Positions 48,610 to 58,105 are shown, numbered from the stretch's first letter. The stretch is DNA of 64,000 nt from an uncultured bacterium (GCA_965662845.1 CBFIJD010000009.1:20564-84563), one strand, 5' to 3'. The notes: a model not told the origin generated them from the sequence alone. Translations and numbers: made by a program.

Positions 48610-49554
48610 ATGTCTGGCACCAAAACGTTCTACTGGCTACAGTGTGGCGGCTGTAGCGGCGACACCCTCTCGATCCTGAATCTCAGCAATCCTAGCCTGC
48701 CGAGTTTGCTGCAATCTCTCCAAATTGAAGTCCTGTTTTGGCCTTCTCTCACCAGTCACACGCCTCACGAACAAGCGGAGCTGCTCGCGGAGCTGCGCTC
48801 TGGTCAACGTCCTCTGGATTTCTTCTGTGTGGAAGGCAACGTCGTGCAAGGGCCTGACGGCACGGGCATGATGGATACTTTTCGAGGAGAGCCCAAACGA
48901 GACATCGTGCGTGATCTAGCACAACAAGCGGAATACGTCATCGCGGTGGGCACCTGCGCCGCGTACGGAGGTTTTGGGGTGGACGACGACATGGACGGGG
49001 TCGGCTTGCAGTTCAAACGTTGGGAGCGCGGTGGATTTCTTGGCGCCGAGTTTCGGTCTCGCGCCGGAGTGCCTGTGATCAACCTTGGTGGCTGCCCTGT
49101 CCACAGCGATGTGCTCGGCGACGTGCTCACGCTGCTTTGTGCTGGGGCTCCGCTTGAGTTGACCGATACGCAGCAACCAGCAGACTGGTATGGCATGACG
49201 GTGCATCAAGGGTGCACTCGCAACGAATACCACGAGTATCGTGTGGAAGAGAGCGACTTTGGCGAGTTTGGGTGCATGTTCTTTCACATGGGCTGCAAAG
49301 GCCCTGTAACGTTTTCGGCGTGCAACAAAACGCTTTGGAATGGTCGTAATTCCAAGACACGTGCCGGGGTGCCGTGCTTTGGCTGCACGCGCCCTGACTT
49401 TCCACAAGAAGACCCCTTCTTTGAAACCCCTCAGATTGCTGATACGCCCATTGAGCTGCCTGCTGGCGTAGAGCGGTACAAGTATCTCGCTTACAAAGGA
49501 ATGGCTGCCGTCGCGGCGCCAGAGCGCATCAAGTCTCGTCAAAATCGCATTTGA
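48610..49554 (+). CDS. [NiFe]-hydrogenase small subunit, cytoplasmic type (no Tat signal)
   Basis: WLQCGGCSGD proximal-cluster CxxC, medial/distal cluster Cys/His (HQGCTRN, GCKGP, CFGCT); N-terminus MSGTKTFYW lacks RRxFxK. Confidence 0.85.
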   Translation: MSGTKTFYWLQCGGCSGDTLSILNLSNPSLPSLLQSLQIEVLFWPSLTSHTPHEQAELLAELRSGQRPLDFFCVEGNVVQGPDGTGMMDTFRGEPKRDIVRDLAQQAEYVIAVGTCAAYGGFGVDDDMDGVGLQFKRWERGGFLGAEFRSRAGVPVINLGGCPVHSDVLGDVLTLLCAGAPLELTDTQQPADWYGMTVHQGCTRNEYHEYRVEESDFGEFGCMFFHMGCKGPVTFSACNKTLWNGRNSKTRAGVPCFGCTRPDFPQEDPFFETPQIADTPIELPAGVERYKYLAYKGMAAVAAPERIKSRQNRI

Positions 49555-49564
49555 GCACTACGAA

Positions 49565-51094
49565 ATGAGCGCCACACGCAACATTGAAGTCCCGCTCAAT
49601 CGGGTCGAAGGTGACCTTGAAATTCGGGTGGAGCTAGACGGGCACACCGTCACCCGCGCATGGAGCAAAGGGACGCTATACCGTGGTTTTGAGAACATGA
49701 TTCGTGGTCGCGCGGCGAGAGATGCCCTAGTGGTGATGCCTCGGATCTGTGGCATTTGTGGCACGTCGCATCTCTATGCCGCTACGTTGGTGCTGGAGAA
49801 GATCATCGGGCTGCGCCCCCCAGCCGACGCGGTTCGTTTGCGGAACGTCTCTCTGCTCGCGGAACAAGTCCAGAACGACTTGCGACAAGCTTTCTTAATG
49901 TTCACGCCCGACTTGACCAATCCCGCGTTTGCCGCGCATCCCGACTACGCCGAAGCCCAAGAGCGCTATGCTCCCTTTGAAGGGCGCTCTGTGCACAGCG
50001 TGATTGAGTGCAGCCGCCTGCCGGTGGAAGTGATTGCGATTTTGGGAGGACAGTGGCCGCACTCTTCTTACATGGTCCCCGGTGGCCTCGCGACGGTTCC
50101 CAGTGTGATTGATCGGCTCAAATGTCGGCAACTTCTTGAGCAGTGTCTGCGTCACTACGAACGGCGGATTTTAGGCTGTTCAGTGGAGCGCTGGAACGAC
50201 GTCCAGTCCCTCGCCGACTTAGAGCAATGGCTAGAAGAAACGCCGTCGCACAGAAATTCAGATGTTGGATTTTTGCTGCGTTTCGGGCGCGATATTGGCT
50301 TGGAGCGCCTCGGAGAAGGGGTAGACACGTTCCTGAGTTTTGGCTCTTGTCCAAGTCCGGAAGGTGACGGGGCCTTTGTCCCTAGTGGAATCGTGAGCGG
50401 GCAAGTTCGGCAGCCGTTTGAACAACGGCATATTACAGAACAAGTGGCGTCCTCGTGGTTCCGCCCCTATGAGGGAGGGCTGCATCCTTCAGAAGGCAAA
50501 ACCGAGCCGCAATACAATGCGTCTGACGAGCGCCGCTACACTTGGGCCAAAGCGCCGCGCTATGAAGGGCAGCCAGCGGAGACCGGCGCGTTTGCGGAGA
50601 GTTTGGTTGCCGGGCATCCACTGTTCACGGATTGGTTGGCACAGCGTGGGGCGAATGTGCTGGCGCGTGTCATCGCTCGCGTTGTGCGCCCCGCGTTGGT
50701 TTTGCCGCAAATGATCGCTTGGCTGAATGAGAGCGTGGGAAGTGACCACTTCTACCAAAATCCGGGAGCATTGTTCGATGGAGAAGGCGCGGGGCTGTTG
50801 CACGCCGCTCGCGGGGCGCTGGGACATTGGGCGCGCGTCAAAAATAACAAAATCGAGCACTATCAAGTCATCACACCGACGGCTTGGAATGGTTCTCCTC
50901 GAGATGAGAAGGGCGTTTGTGGCCCTTGGGAAACGGCGCTGGCGAATACAGAAATCAAAGACCCTGAGAACCCCATCGAGCTTGGAATGATCGTGCGCTC
51001 GTTTGACCCTTGCTTAGTCTGCACCGTGCACACGTATCGTCCAAACGGTCAGCCTTTAGGAGAATATCGTCTGGGGATGAAAGGGACGAGATGA
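49565..51094 (+). CDS. [NiFe]-hydrogenase large subunit
   Basis: L1 motif RICGICGTSH and L2 motif DPCLVCTVH, with ~20-aa C-terminal tail after the His; 509 aa. Confidence 0.9.
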   Translation: MSATRNIEVPLNRVEGDLEIRVELDGHTVTRAWSKGTLYRGFENMIRGRAARDALVVMPRICGICGTSHLYAATLVLEKIIGLRPPADAVRLRNVSLLAEQVQNDLRQAFLMFTPDLTNPAFAAHPDYAEAQERYAPFEGRSVHSVIECSRLPVEVIAILGGQWPHSSYMVPGGLATVPSVIDRLKCRQLLEQCLRHYERRILGCSVERWNDVQSLADLEQWLEETPSHRNSDVGFLLRFGRDIGLERLGEGVDTFLSFGSCPSPEGDGAFVPSGIVSGQVRQPFEQRHITEQVASSWFRPYEGGLHPSEGKTEPQYNASDERRYTWAKAPRYEGQPAETGAFAESLVAGHPLFTDWLAQRGANVLARVIARVVRPALVLPQMIAWLNESVGSDHFYQNPGALFDGEGAGLLHAARGALGHWARVKNNKIEHYQVITPTAWNGSPRDEKGVCGPWETALANTEIKDPENPIELGMIVRSFDPCLVCTVHTYRPNGQPLGEYRLGMKGTR

Positions 51095-52491
51095 TGGTGG
51101 AGAGCGCAGATATCACAGAGGAGCTGGAGCGGTTACAGCAAGAAAACGAACGGTTGCGCGAAGAGGTCGAGACGTATCGCTTGTCGAGCGAACTACAAGA
51201 ACAGATGGTGCTATATCGCTACAAAGAACTGTCGGAGGCGCTGGAGCGCTATCACGATTCCAGTGAGCAGCTGCGGAGCATCTTGCGCTCTGTGCGGGAT
51301 CCTGTGATTGGGGTGAGCGGCGACGGCGCGATTGACTTGTGGAACCAAGGAGCGGAGCAGCTCTTCGGCTATGCGGAGTCGGAAGCCGTGGGACAGAACA
51401 TCCACAAGCTGTTGGCTCCTGTTGCTTTGCAGGAGCAAGCACACGCAGGAGTCCGCCAGTTCCGCAAAAACGGCAAAGGCCCGCTGGTGGGTACTGTCCG
51501 TGAAGTGGAAGCGGTCTGTGCCGATGGGACGATCCTTCCCATTGAGATTGGCCTGACGTCCTATCAGCGGCAAGGCGGGTGGCACGCGGTGGGAGTCTGC
51601 CGCGATTTGCGACATCGCAAAGAACATGAACAAACCCAGCAACAGCTAGCGTATCAATCAGGAATGGCAGAGATCGCAGCGACCGTTCTGCACAATGTAG
51701 GGAACGTCGTGCAGGCAATGACCGGTCACTTAGGCAAGTGCGAGCGGAATTTGGGAGAATTGCAAAAAACAGCCAGTATGGTGCGCCAGTTGGTCTCAAT
51801 GCTACCGACAGATGCGAAGTTCTTTGTGAAGCCCAAGGCCGAACCCCAGCCACTGGAGCCTTTACTGGAAGAGGTCGCGCGCATTCTCGTCGATCTCAAA
51901 CAACAGCGCCTGCAACCGGCACTGGAGTCTTTGCAGCAAGGGATGGAGCACATCACAGAAGTACTCCATGTGCAACGTGAGATGGCGCGAGGTGCAAAAG
52001 TAAACTCGGGCCAAGGGTTTCCGCTAGAGCCGTTGTTAGAACAAGCTGTCGCGTTGTTTCAAGAGCCCCTACAACGGCAACAAATCCAAGTTGAAATCTC
52101 GGTTGCAGACCATGTCCCCGCGCTCGACTTACCGAGAAACCCCTTGCAGCAGGCGGTGTTGAACTTATTGAAGAACGCCTTAGAAGCTATCTGTGAGCGA
52201 AAACAACAAGAACCAGAAGTCGAAGGTTGGATTCGCATTCAAGGCTCATATCGCGAAAATCGCCTCTATCTCTCCGTCTCCGACAATGGCGTTGGTGTGG
52301 CGCCAGAGTTTCAAGACAAACTGTTTCGTTTTGGTGAGAGTACGAAACGTGCGGGCTCAGGGATGGGGCTGCACAGCGTCGCAAACTTTGTGCAGTCGCA
52401 ACAAGGCAGCATCCAATTTCAGAGCGAGGGGCTCCGACAGGGATCTCTCGTGCAACTCACTTTCCCCCTCCCTCCAGAAATCAGCTCATGA
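51091..52491 (+). CDS. Soluble PAS-domain histidine kinase, HoxJ/HupT-like
   Basis: ATG overlaps hydrogenase large-subunit stop (ATGA). Coiled-coil then PAS (VIGVSGDGAIDLWNQGAEQLFGY), H-box LHNVGNV, N/G boxes LLKNALEA, DNGVGV, GSGMGL. Confidence 0.8.
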   Translation: MMVESADITEELERLQQENERLREEVETYRLSSELQEQMVLYRYKELSEALERYHDSSEQLRSILRSVRDPVIGVSGDGAIDLWNQGAEQLFGYAESEAVGQNIHKLLAPVALQEQAHAGVRQFRKNGKGPLVGTVREVEAVCADGTILPIEIGLTSYQRQGGWHAVGVCRDLRHRKEHEQTQQQLAYQSGMAEIAATVLHNVGNVVQAMTGHLGKCERNLGELQKTASMVRQLVSMLPTDAKFFVKPKAEPQPLEPLLEEVARILVDLKQQRLQPALESLQQGMEHITEVLHVQREMARGAKVNSGQGFPLEPLLEQAVALFQEPLQRQQIQVEISVADHVPALDLPRNPLQQAVLNLLKNALEAICERKQQEPEVEGWIRIQGSYRENRLYLSVSDNGVGVAPEFQDKLFRFGESTKRAGSGMGLHSVANFVQSQQGSIQFQSEGLRQGSLVQLTFPLPPEISS

Positions 52492-53762
52492 ATCAGCGAA
52501 TTCTTGTGATTGAAGACAGCCCACAGGTCGTGGAATGGTATTTTTCGGTTTTACAGCCCGAACAATCGGCGACGACACATCTGCAAGCGCTAATGGGCCA
52601 AGCGGAGGATGTGTCCGCTAGCGCAACGAAACCGCACTTTGAGGTGGTTGTGGCTCATCAGGGGGAAGAAGGAGTGCAACAGTTTGCGGACGCTCATGCT
52701 CAAGGCAGGCCGTTCGCGGTGGCTTTTGTGGATATGCGGATGCCTCCGGGCATTGACGGATTAGAGACGGCACGACGACTACGACAGATTGACGAGCGCC
52801 TGTATGTTGTGATCGCGACAGCCTTTAGTGACCATGAAGTCGATGAGATTCAAGCTGCGCTGCAGCATGATGTGATGCTGTTGCGAAAGCCGTTCACAGG
52901 AGAGGAGCTGCTGCAACATGCTCGGAATCTTTGCAATAGCTGGAATCGTGACGACGAGCTGCACCAACTTCGTCTGGGATTAGAAGCTCAGGTGGAAGCC
53001 CGCACGCAAGAGCTTATTTCTCAGAGGGAACAACTAGAACACGCTTCGCGGCTGGCTTCGTTAGGAGCCTTGGCAGGGGGAATCGCGCATGAGTTGCGTT
53101 CCCCGCTGGCAGCGCTGCGCATGAACTTAGAGAGCATGCAGCTGGGCGTTAGCTCTGGGAACTGGGCTTCAGAGAAAACATTGCAGCAAATCTCACGATC
53201 TCTGCACATCTTAGACAAGACCAGCTCCGTGCTGCACCAAATGCGTAAGTTTGGGCATCCTCACCAAGAGTCGGAGGTCTCCCAAGCGATCTCGCTGAGC
53301 GAGGTCTTGCAGGGGGTACTGTTGCTTAGCCGGAACCTGTTGAACAAGGAAGGAGTGCAGCTGCTGTTAGACATTCCCTCCGACCTGCCGACATTTCCGG
53401 GGAACGCCGTTCAGATTGAGCAAGTGTTACTCAATTTGGTGAACAATGCGCGGCATGCGATGTTAGAAAGTCCGATGAAGCAGCTGACGTTTCGTGCTTA
53501 TACAGCGGAGCAATGCTTGGTCGTCGAGGTGGAAGACACGGGCTGCGGCATGTCGGAAGAGGTGCAAGAGCGGATGTTTACCCCGTTTTTCACAACCAAG
53601 GACCCCGATCAGGGGCTAGGCTTAGGGATGGATATTGTGAAGCAGGTGATAGAGCGGCATCAGGGGAAGATCGCAGTGCGCAGTGTGTTAGAAGAAGGCT
53701 CTTGTTTCACACTGCGCTTTCCACTGACGCGTAGCAAGGGGATCGCGGGCAAGGGGGAGTAG
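52488..53762 (+). CDS. Receiver domain fused to histidine kinase (REC-HisKA-HATPase)
   Basis: ATGA overlap with preceding kinase; REC with insert (ILVIEDSP...FVDMRMPPGIDG...KPF), H-box IAHELRSPL, HATPase (DTGCGM, GLGLGM). Confidence 0.8.
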   Translation: MNQRILVIEDSPQVVEWYFSVLQPEQSATTHLQALMGQAEDVSASATKPHFEVVVAHQGEEGVQQFADAHAQGRPFAVAFVDMRMPPGIDGLETARRLRQIDERLYVVIATAFSDHEVDEIQAALQHDVMLLRKPFTGEELLQHARNLCNSWNRDDELHQLRLGLEAQVEARTQELISQREQLEHASRLASLGALAGGIAHELRSPLAALRMNLESMQLGVSSGNWASEKTLQQISRSLHILDKTSSVLHQMRKFGHPHQESEVSQAISLSEVLQGVLLLSRNLLNKEGVQLLLDIPSDLPTFPGNAVQIEQVLLNLVNNARHAMLESPMKQLTFRAYTAEQCLVVEVEDTGCGMSEEVQERMFTPFFTTKDPDQGLGLGMDIVKQVIERHQGKIAVRSVLEEGSCFTLRFPLTRSKGIAGKGE

Positions 53763-53766
53763 GCGA

Positions 53767-54855
53767 CTATTCGGTGTCGTCCACCTCCGTCTCTGCTTCA
53801 GCGTCGGCAGGGTAGTGCCCCGTCAAGTCCATACCGAGCGAAAGTCCCATCGTTTCGAGAACCGTTTTGATTTCGTTGAGAGACTTGCGGCCAAAGTTTT
53901 TGAACTTGAGCAATTCGGGTTCACTCTTCTGCACCAACTCGCCGATGCTTTCAATCTTCGCATTTTGCAAGCAGTTGATGCTGCGCACAGAAAGCTCTAG
54001 CTCGTGGATGCTGCGGGGCAGGTGCCGCACCCAGTCGGGGGGTTCGGGAGCCGTCTCTTGCAAGGGTTCTTCGGAGCGTGTGACGATGGTTTCATCAAAA
54101 TTGATGAACAGTTGCAGCTGCTCTTTGAAGAACTGCGCAGCGTCGCCGATCGCTTCTTGGGGTTTGATAGAGCCGTTTGTCCAAAGCTCAAAGATCAGGC
54201 GATCATAGTCGGTTTTCTGCTCAAAACGAGCGTTTTCAACTTCGTAATTGATCCGGCGGATAGGCGAGTGGTGCGAGTCTAAGAAGAATGTCCCCGTTGG
54301 AAGTTCCACATTCTGATTCTCTTCCGCAGTGATGTACCCACAGTTCATGCGTAAGAATATTTTGATTTTCAGCGCTGCGCCTTCCGCTAAGTGCGCGATC
54401 ACATGAGACGGATTGAGGATCTCTGCTTTTTCGGGATCGTTGATGTCACCAGCGCGGAGCACACCAGGCCCTTGGGCGTTCATTTCCAACTCCACGATCC
54501 CGTCATAAAGCTGGTTCACCTGCACTTCTTTTAGGTTCAACAGCAGCTGGGTGACGTTCTCTCGAATGCCTTCTAAGGATGCGAACTCGTCGGTAACTCC
54601 TTCAATTTGCACAGCAAAGACCGCGCTGCCTTCGGTGGCGGCCAACAAGACTCTGCGCAGTGCGTTCCCCAGTGTGATGGCAAATCCTCGCTCCAGCGGT
54701 TCCACAATGAAGCGTCCATAAGAGGAGCTGAGAGTGCCGGGCTCAACCCGTAGGCCGCGAGGAATGGAGATGCGAGTCCAGTTCTGGGCAGACAGATGTG
54801 GAGAATCTTGGTTGTTCATTGGTGGTACAGGGACCCAGTTCTCAGCCTGGCTCAT
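53767..54855 (-). CDS. rpoA: DNA-directed RNA polymerase subunit alpha
   Basis: VEPLERGFAITLGNALRRVLL NTD and CTD ELSVRSINCLQNAKIESIGELV...FGRKSLNEIK; no flanking rpsD/rplQ. Confidence 0.9.
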   Translation of the reverse strand: MSQAENWVPVPPMNNQDSPHLSAQNWTRISIPRGLRVEPGTLSSSYGRFIVEPLERGFAITLGNALRRVLLAATEGSAVFAVQIEGVTDEFASLEGIRENVTQLLLNLKEVQVNQLYDGIVELEMNAQGPGVLRAGDINDPEKAEILNPSHVIAHLAEGAALKIKIFLRMNCGYITAEENQNVELPTGTFFLDSHHSPIRRINYEVENARFEQKTDYDRLIFELWTNGSIKPQEAIGDAAQFFKEQLQLFINFDETIVTRSEEPLQETAPEPPDWVRHLPRSIHELELSVRSINCLQNAKIESIGELVQKSEPELLKFKNFGRKSLNEIKTVLETMGLSLGMDLTGHYPADAEAETEVDDTE

Positions 54856-55050
54856 GATCCTCCTATGCAGAAGAGTTCCTGGAAATAGAAGCCGAGCGCA
54901 CAGATGTTGGTGCGATCAAACGAGAAGTTACGCGCTGTTTTCTTATTGGGGTTCTTAGTGAGTGCGGAGGGTATGCGTTTTTGCAGGGGCGGAAGAGACA
55001 CGCTTGCTCTGCTACGAAAGGAGTTTTGAAGACCGATGAAAGCAAAGGAG

Positions 55051-55127
55051 TGGCGGGGTCGACGGGGCTCGAACCCGCGACCTCTGGCGTGACAGGCCAG
55101 CGTTCTGACCAACTGAACTACGACCCC
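55051..55127 (-). tRNA. tRNA-Asp (anticodon GTC)
   Basis: Cloverleaf folded by hand: acceptor ggggtcg/cgacccc, U8A9, D-stem gttc/gaac, anticodon stem ctggc/gccag loop ctGTCac, T-arm gcggg-ttcgagc-cccgt, 3' CCA encoded. Confidence 0.9.
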
Positions 55128-55171
55128 GCATTGGGTAGAAACACTACTTGAGATGGTAGTGTTAGAGAAGG

Positions 55172-55247
55172 TGGTGGGCGCTACAAGGATCGAACTTGTG
55201 ACCTACGGTTTGTAAGACCGCCGCTCTCCCAGCTGAGCTAAGCGCCC
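55172..55247 (-). tRNA. tRNA-Val (anticodon TAC)
   Basis: 76 nt: acceptor gggcgct/agcgccc, D-arm gctc-agctggga-gagc, anticodon loop ctTACaa, T-arm acaag-ttcgatc-cttgt, CCA encoded. Confidence 0.9.
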
Positions 55248-55298
55248 AACGAAAGCTCAATAGAATATCGGATAAGACGCTCGATGGCAAGTGTTTTT

Positions 55299-55784
55299 TC
55301 AGGATGTTTGTGAGGTCGGCGCTGTGAACGTCGCAGCCACAAAAAAAACAACCCCCAAGCTAATGAAGCAGTCGGCCAAGTTATTCACAAAAAAGCTGTA
55401 GTCGTACCACCGAAAGTGGAAAAAGTCGGTGACGTGTCCAAACCACGCGCGGTCGATGAGATTGCCAATGGCTCCAGGCAAAATCCAAGTCAGTCCCTGC
55501 TGAGTCCACAGGTCTAAGGTTGGCCAGTAGCGCAGTTGATAGTAGAGCATCCCTGCGACGGCCAGCGTTGAGATCCCAATCAACAAGGGCAGGCGAAAGG
55601 TGTCGTCTAAGTCCGCGAGCAGGCTGAAGCTCACACCGCGATTTTGGACGTGCGTCAGATCTAAAAAGTTGGGTAGCAGGGGCGTCAACTCATACAGCGG
55701 GACACTCGCGCGGATCCAAACTTTGGAAGCGAAATCAATGGTGAGGAGGCAGATCATGACCACGCCAGAGACCCACAATCTCAT
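55299..55784 (-). CDS. lspA: Lipoprotein signal peptidase (signal peptidase II)
   Basis: 161 aa, 4 TM, conserved FSLLAD and GAIGNLIDR motifs; 4-nt overlap with hisS. Confidence 0.85.
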   Translation of the reverse strand: MRLWVSGVVMICLLTIDFASKVWIRASVPLYELTPLLPNFLDLTHVQNRGVSFSLLADLDDTFRLPLLIGISTLAVAGMLYYQLRYWPTLDLWTQQGLTWILPGAIGNLIDRAWFGHVTDFFHFRWYDYSFFVNNLADCFISLGVVFFVAATFTAPTSQTS

Positions 55785-57073
55785 AATGGCCTCTCCGCCG
55801 AGTTCAGAGCAGCAGTCAGTTCCACAGTGGCGATACTGCGTTGTTCGCGCTGCGCCAGATTGCGCAACACAACCTCTCCGCGCGCCAGCTCGTCTGGAAA
55901 CAAAAACACAGCATGCGCTACGTCAAGAGCCCCGGCCAACTGGAGCGCTTTTTTCATTTTCATCCCACCAAATTCTGTCTTCACCCGCCAACCTGCTTGG
56001 CGCAGCTGATGCGAAATCCCTAGAGCCGCTGCGTCGTGTTCCTTGTCCAGAGCAAAGACCATCACATCAAGAGGATGCTGCAATTCAGGCAACTTTTTGA
56101 GATCTGCGAGCAGCTCCAAAATCACGACATCTCCGAAGCCGAGGCCAACTGCTGGGATCGGTTGTCCTCCATAAGCAGAGAGCAGTGAGTCATAGCGCCC
56201 GCCGCCGCAAATCGCACGAAACGACTTCGTAGGCGTGTTCATCTCAAAGACGGTCCCCGTGTAGTAGGAGAGCCCCCGCACAATGGAGATGTCAAACTGC
56301 ACAAATTCACGCAGTCCGAGCGCATCGAGGTGCTGCAGCAGCTGTCGCAGCGGTTCTAGCGCGGTTGGATCGTGCAGTTGGGCCGAGACTTCTTCTAGGT
56401 CTTGGAGTTGCAGAAACTCCAGCAGTTGTGTGGTTTGTTCCGTTGAGAGCCCTTGTGCGCCCAGTTCGTTGCCAAAAACGTCTGCGGGGAGTTTGTCGCG
56501 CTTGTCCATCACGACAAGTACGGCAGCTTGTTGTTCTTCGGGAACCGCGAGCTGCGTGAGGATCGCGTTCAAGATCTGTCGGTTATTGAGGAAGACTCTG
56601 ACGTCATTGTGGTCCAGATTCATCGCTTGGACGGCTCGCCACAAGGTGCCCAGCAGCTCTGCTTCTGCGAGCGTCTCCGACTGTCCGATAATATCTAGGT
56701 TCCATTGATAGTGCTCGCGCTTGCGTCCACGAGTCATGCGCTCATAACGGAAGCATTGGGGAATCGAGAACCAACGCAGAGGGAACGAGAGGGTTTTTTG
56801 CTGCTGTAAGATCATGCGTGCCAAAGACGGCGTCATCTCAGGCCGCAAGCTCAGCTGCCGGTCACTCTTGTCTGTGAAGTGGTAGAGCTGTTGGCTGATT
56901 TCGTCTCCGGCTTTGCGCACATACAACTCTTCGTGTTCCAACACACAGGCGTCATATTCTTCAAATCCCGCTTCGATGGCCGTTTGACGCCAGATGTCAA
57001 ACAACCAGTTGCGCAACCGCATCTGGGGAGGGAAAAAGTCACGTGTCCCCTTAACGGGCTGTAGATCAATCAT
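55781..57073 (-). CDS. hisS: Histidine--tRNA ligase
   Basis: 430 aa; class II aaRS motifs, N-terminus MIDLQPVKGTRDFFP typical of HisS. Confidence 0.95.
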   Translation of the reverse strand: MIDLQPVKGTRDFFPPQMRLRNWLFDIWRQTAIEAGFEEYDACVLEHEELYVRKAGDEISQQLYHFTDKSDRQLSLRPEMTPSLARMILQQQKTLSFPLRWFSIPQCFRYERMTRGRKREHYQWNLDIIGQSETLAEAELLGTLWRAVQAMNLDHNDVRVFLNNRQILNAILTQLAVPEEQQAAVLVVMDKRDKLPADVFGNELGAQGLSTEQTTQLLEFLQLQDLEEVSAQLHDPTALEPLRQLLQHLDALGLREFVQFDISIVRGLSYYTGTVFEMNTPTKSFRAICGGGRYDSLLSAYGGQPIPAVGLGFGDVVILELLADLKKLPELQHPLDVMVFALDKEHDAAALGISHQLRQAGWRVKTEFGGMKMKKALQLAGALDVAHAVFLFPDELARGEVVLRNLAQREQRSIATVELTAALNSAERPL

Positions 57074-57085
57074 GAAAGTTTTGCA

Positions 57086-58105
57086 TCAAGAGGCGAAGAC
57101 GAGCTGGGTGATTTGCTGAAAGTCGTCCCAAGCAGCAGGTAGCGCGCTACGGTTGCGCAGCAGATATGAGGGGTGAAAAGTGGGGAGCACAGGCCATTGT
57201 TGATAGTGATGAATGTTTCCGCGCATTTTGGTGATGCCAGGAGAGCCGGGGAGCAGCGCTTGTGTGGGGACGTTGCCTAACGTAACAATCAGCTTCGGGT
57301 TGACCAGCTCAATCTGTCGCTGCAGGATCGGCAAGCACTGAGTGATTTCTTCCGAGTGGGGGTTCCGATTGCCGGGTGGCCGGCACTTGACCACATTGGA
57401 AATGTACACATCTGCGCGAGCGATCCCAATGGATTCAATCATTTTGGTCAGCAGCTGGCCGGCTTTGCCCACGAAGGGTTCCCCTTGGCGATCTTCCTCT
57501 GCGCCGGGCCCTTCGCCCACAAAAAAAATGGAGCTGCGTTCTCCACCAACTCCAAACACAAACTGCGTTCTCGTTGGCCCTAGTGGACAGCGCTGGCACT
57601 CGCAATGTTGCTGAAACAACTTGGTCAACGAGTCGGCTTGCGCGATGAGTGGCCCCTCGGGTGGGCGTTGGCGCGGCGCCTCGGTGGGTTGCCGGAAAAG
57701 CGGGACTTGTGCCGAGGGGGGCGTGTCTGCCTCGGCCAAATGTTGTTCTTGCGCGTCTATCTTGGCTTGAGCACAAGACATTTTGAGCTGTTGCTTCAGG
57801 TGTTGTAGCGATTGCCCAGAGCGCTCTTGCAAGTGTTGGGGCAATTCACCGAAGTGCATCTCTCGGCCCGTGTCAGATGGCATGTGCGGCATCAACTCAT
57901 AGAGGCCGTCCACAAGCTCACAGAGCTCGACCTTGGGCAGAGTCTCTTGGTTCAGGTAATTGCAGTTTTTCTTCTGCAGCCACTTTAGCTGATTTTCAAG
58001 ATAGAGAAGCAAGCTTGGGTAGTCCACGAGACAAACATGGGAAAAGGTTGGACGAGTAGGCCACGATTGATTCGCAATTTCAGAATCGAGCGATGGCGTA
58101 TCCAA
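57086..58105 (-). CDS. Family 4 uracil-DNA glycosylase with ~165-aa N-terminal extension of unknown function
   Basis: C-terminal CECQRCPL...VFGVG...FFVGEGPGAEEDRQGEPFVGKAGQLL...NVVKCRPP = family 4 UDG motifs. Confidence 0.75.
   Translation of the reverse strand: MDTPSLDSEIANQSWPTRPTFSHVCLVDYPSLLLYLENQLKWLQKKNCNYLNQETLPKVELCELVDGLYELMPHMPSDTGREMHFGELPQHLQERSGQSLQHLKQQLKMSCAQAKIDAQEQHLAEADTPPSAQVPLFRQPTEAPRQRPPEGPLIAQADSLTKLFQQHCECQRCPLGPTRTQFVFGVGGERSSIFFVGEGPGAEEDRQGEPFVGKAGQLLTKMIESIGIARADVYISNVVKCRPPGNRNPHSEEITQCLPILQRQIELVNPKLIVTLGNVPTQALLPGSPGITKMRGNIHHYQQWPVLPTFHPSYLLRNRSALPAAWDDFQQITQLVFAS

Noticed and set aside
51113-51853. 246-aa minus-strand ORF
   Set aside because: Antisense to the HoxJ-like kinase, which is translationally coupled on the plus strand.
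55600-56100. 166-aa plus-strand ORF
   Set aside because: Antisense to lspA/hisS.
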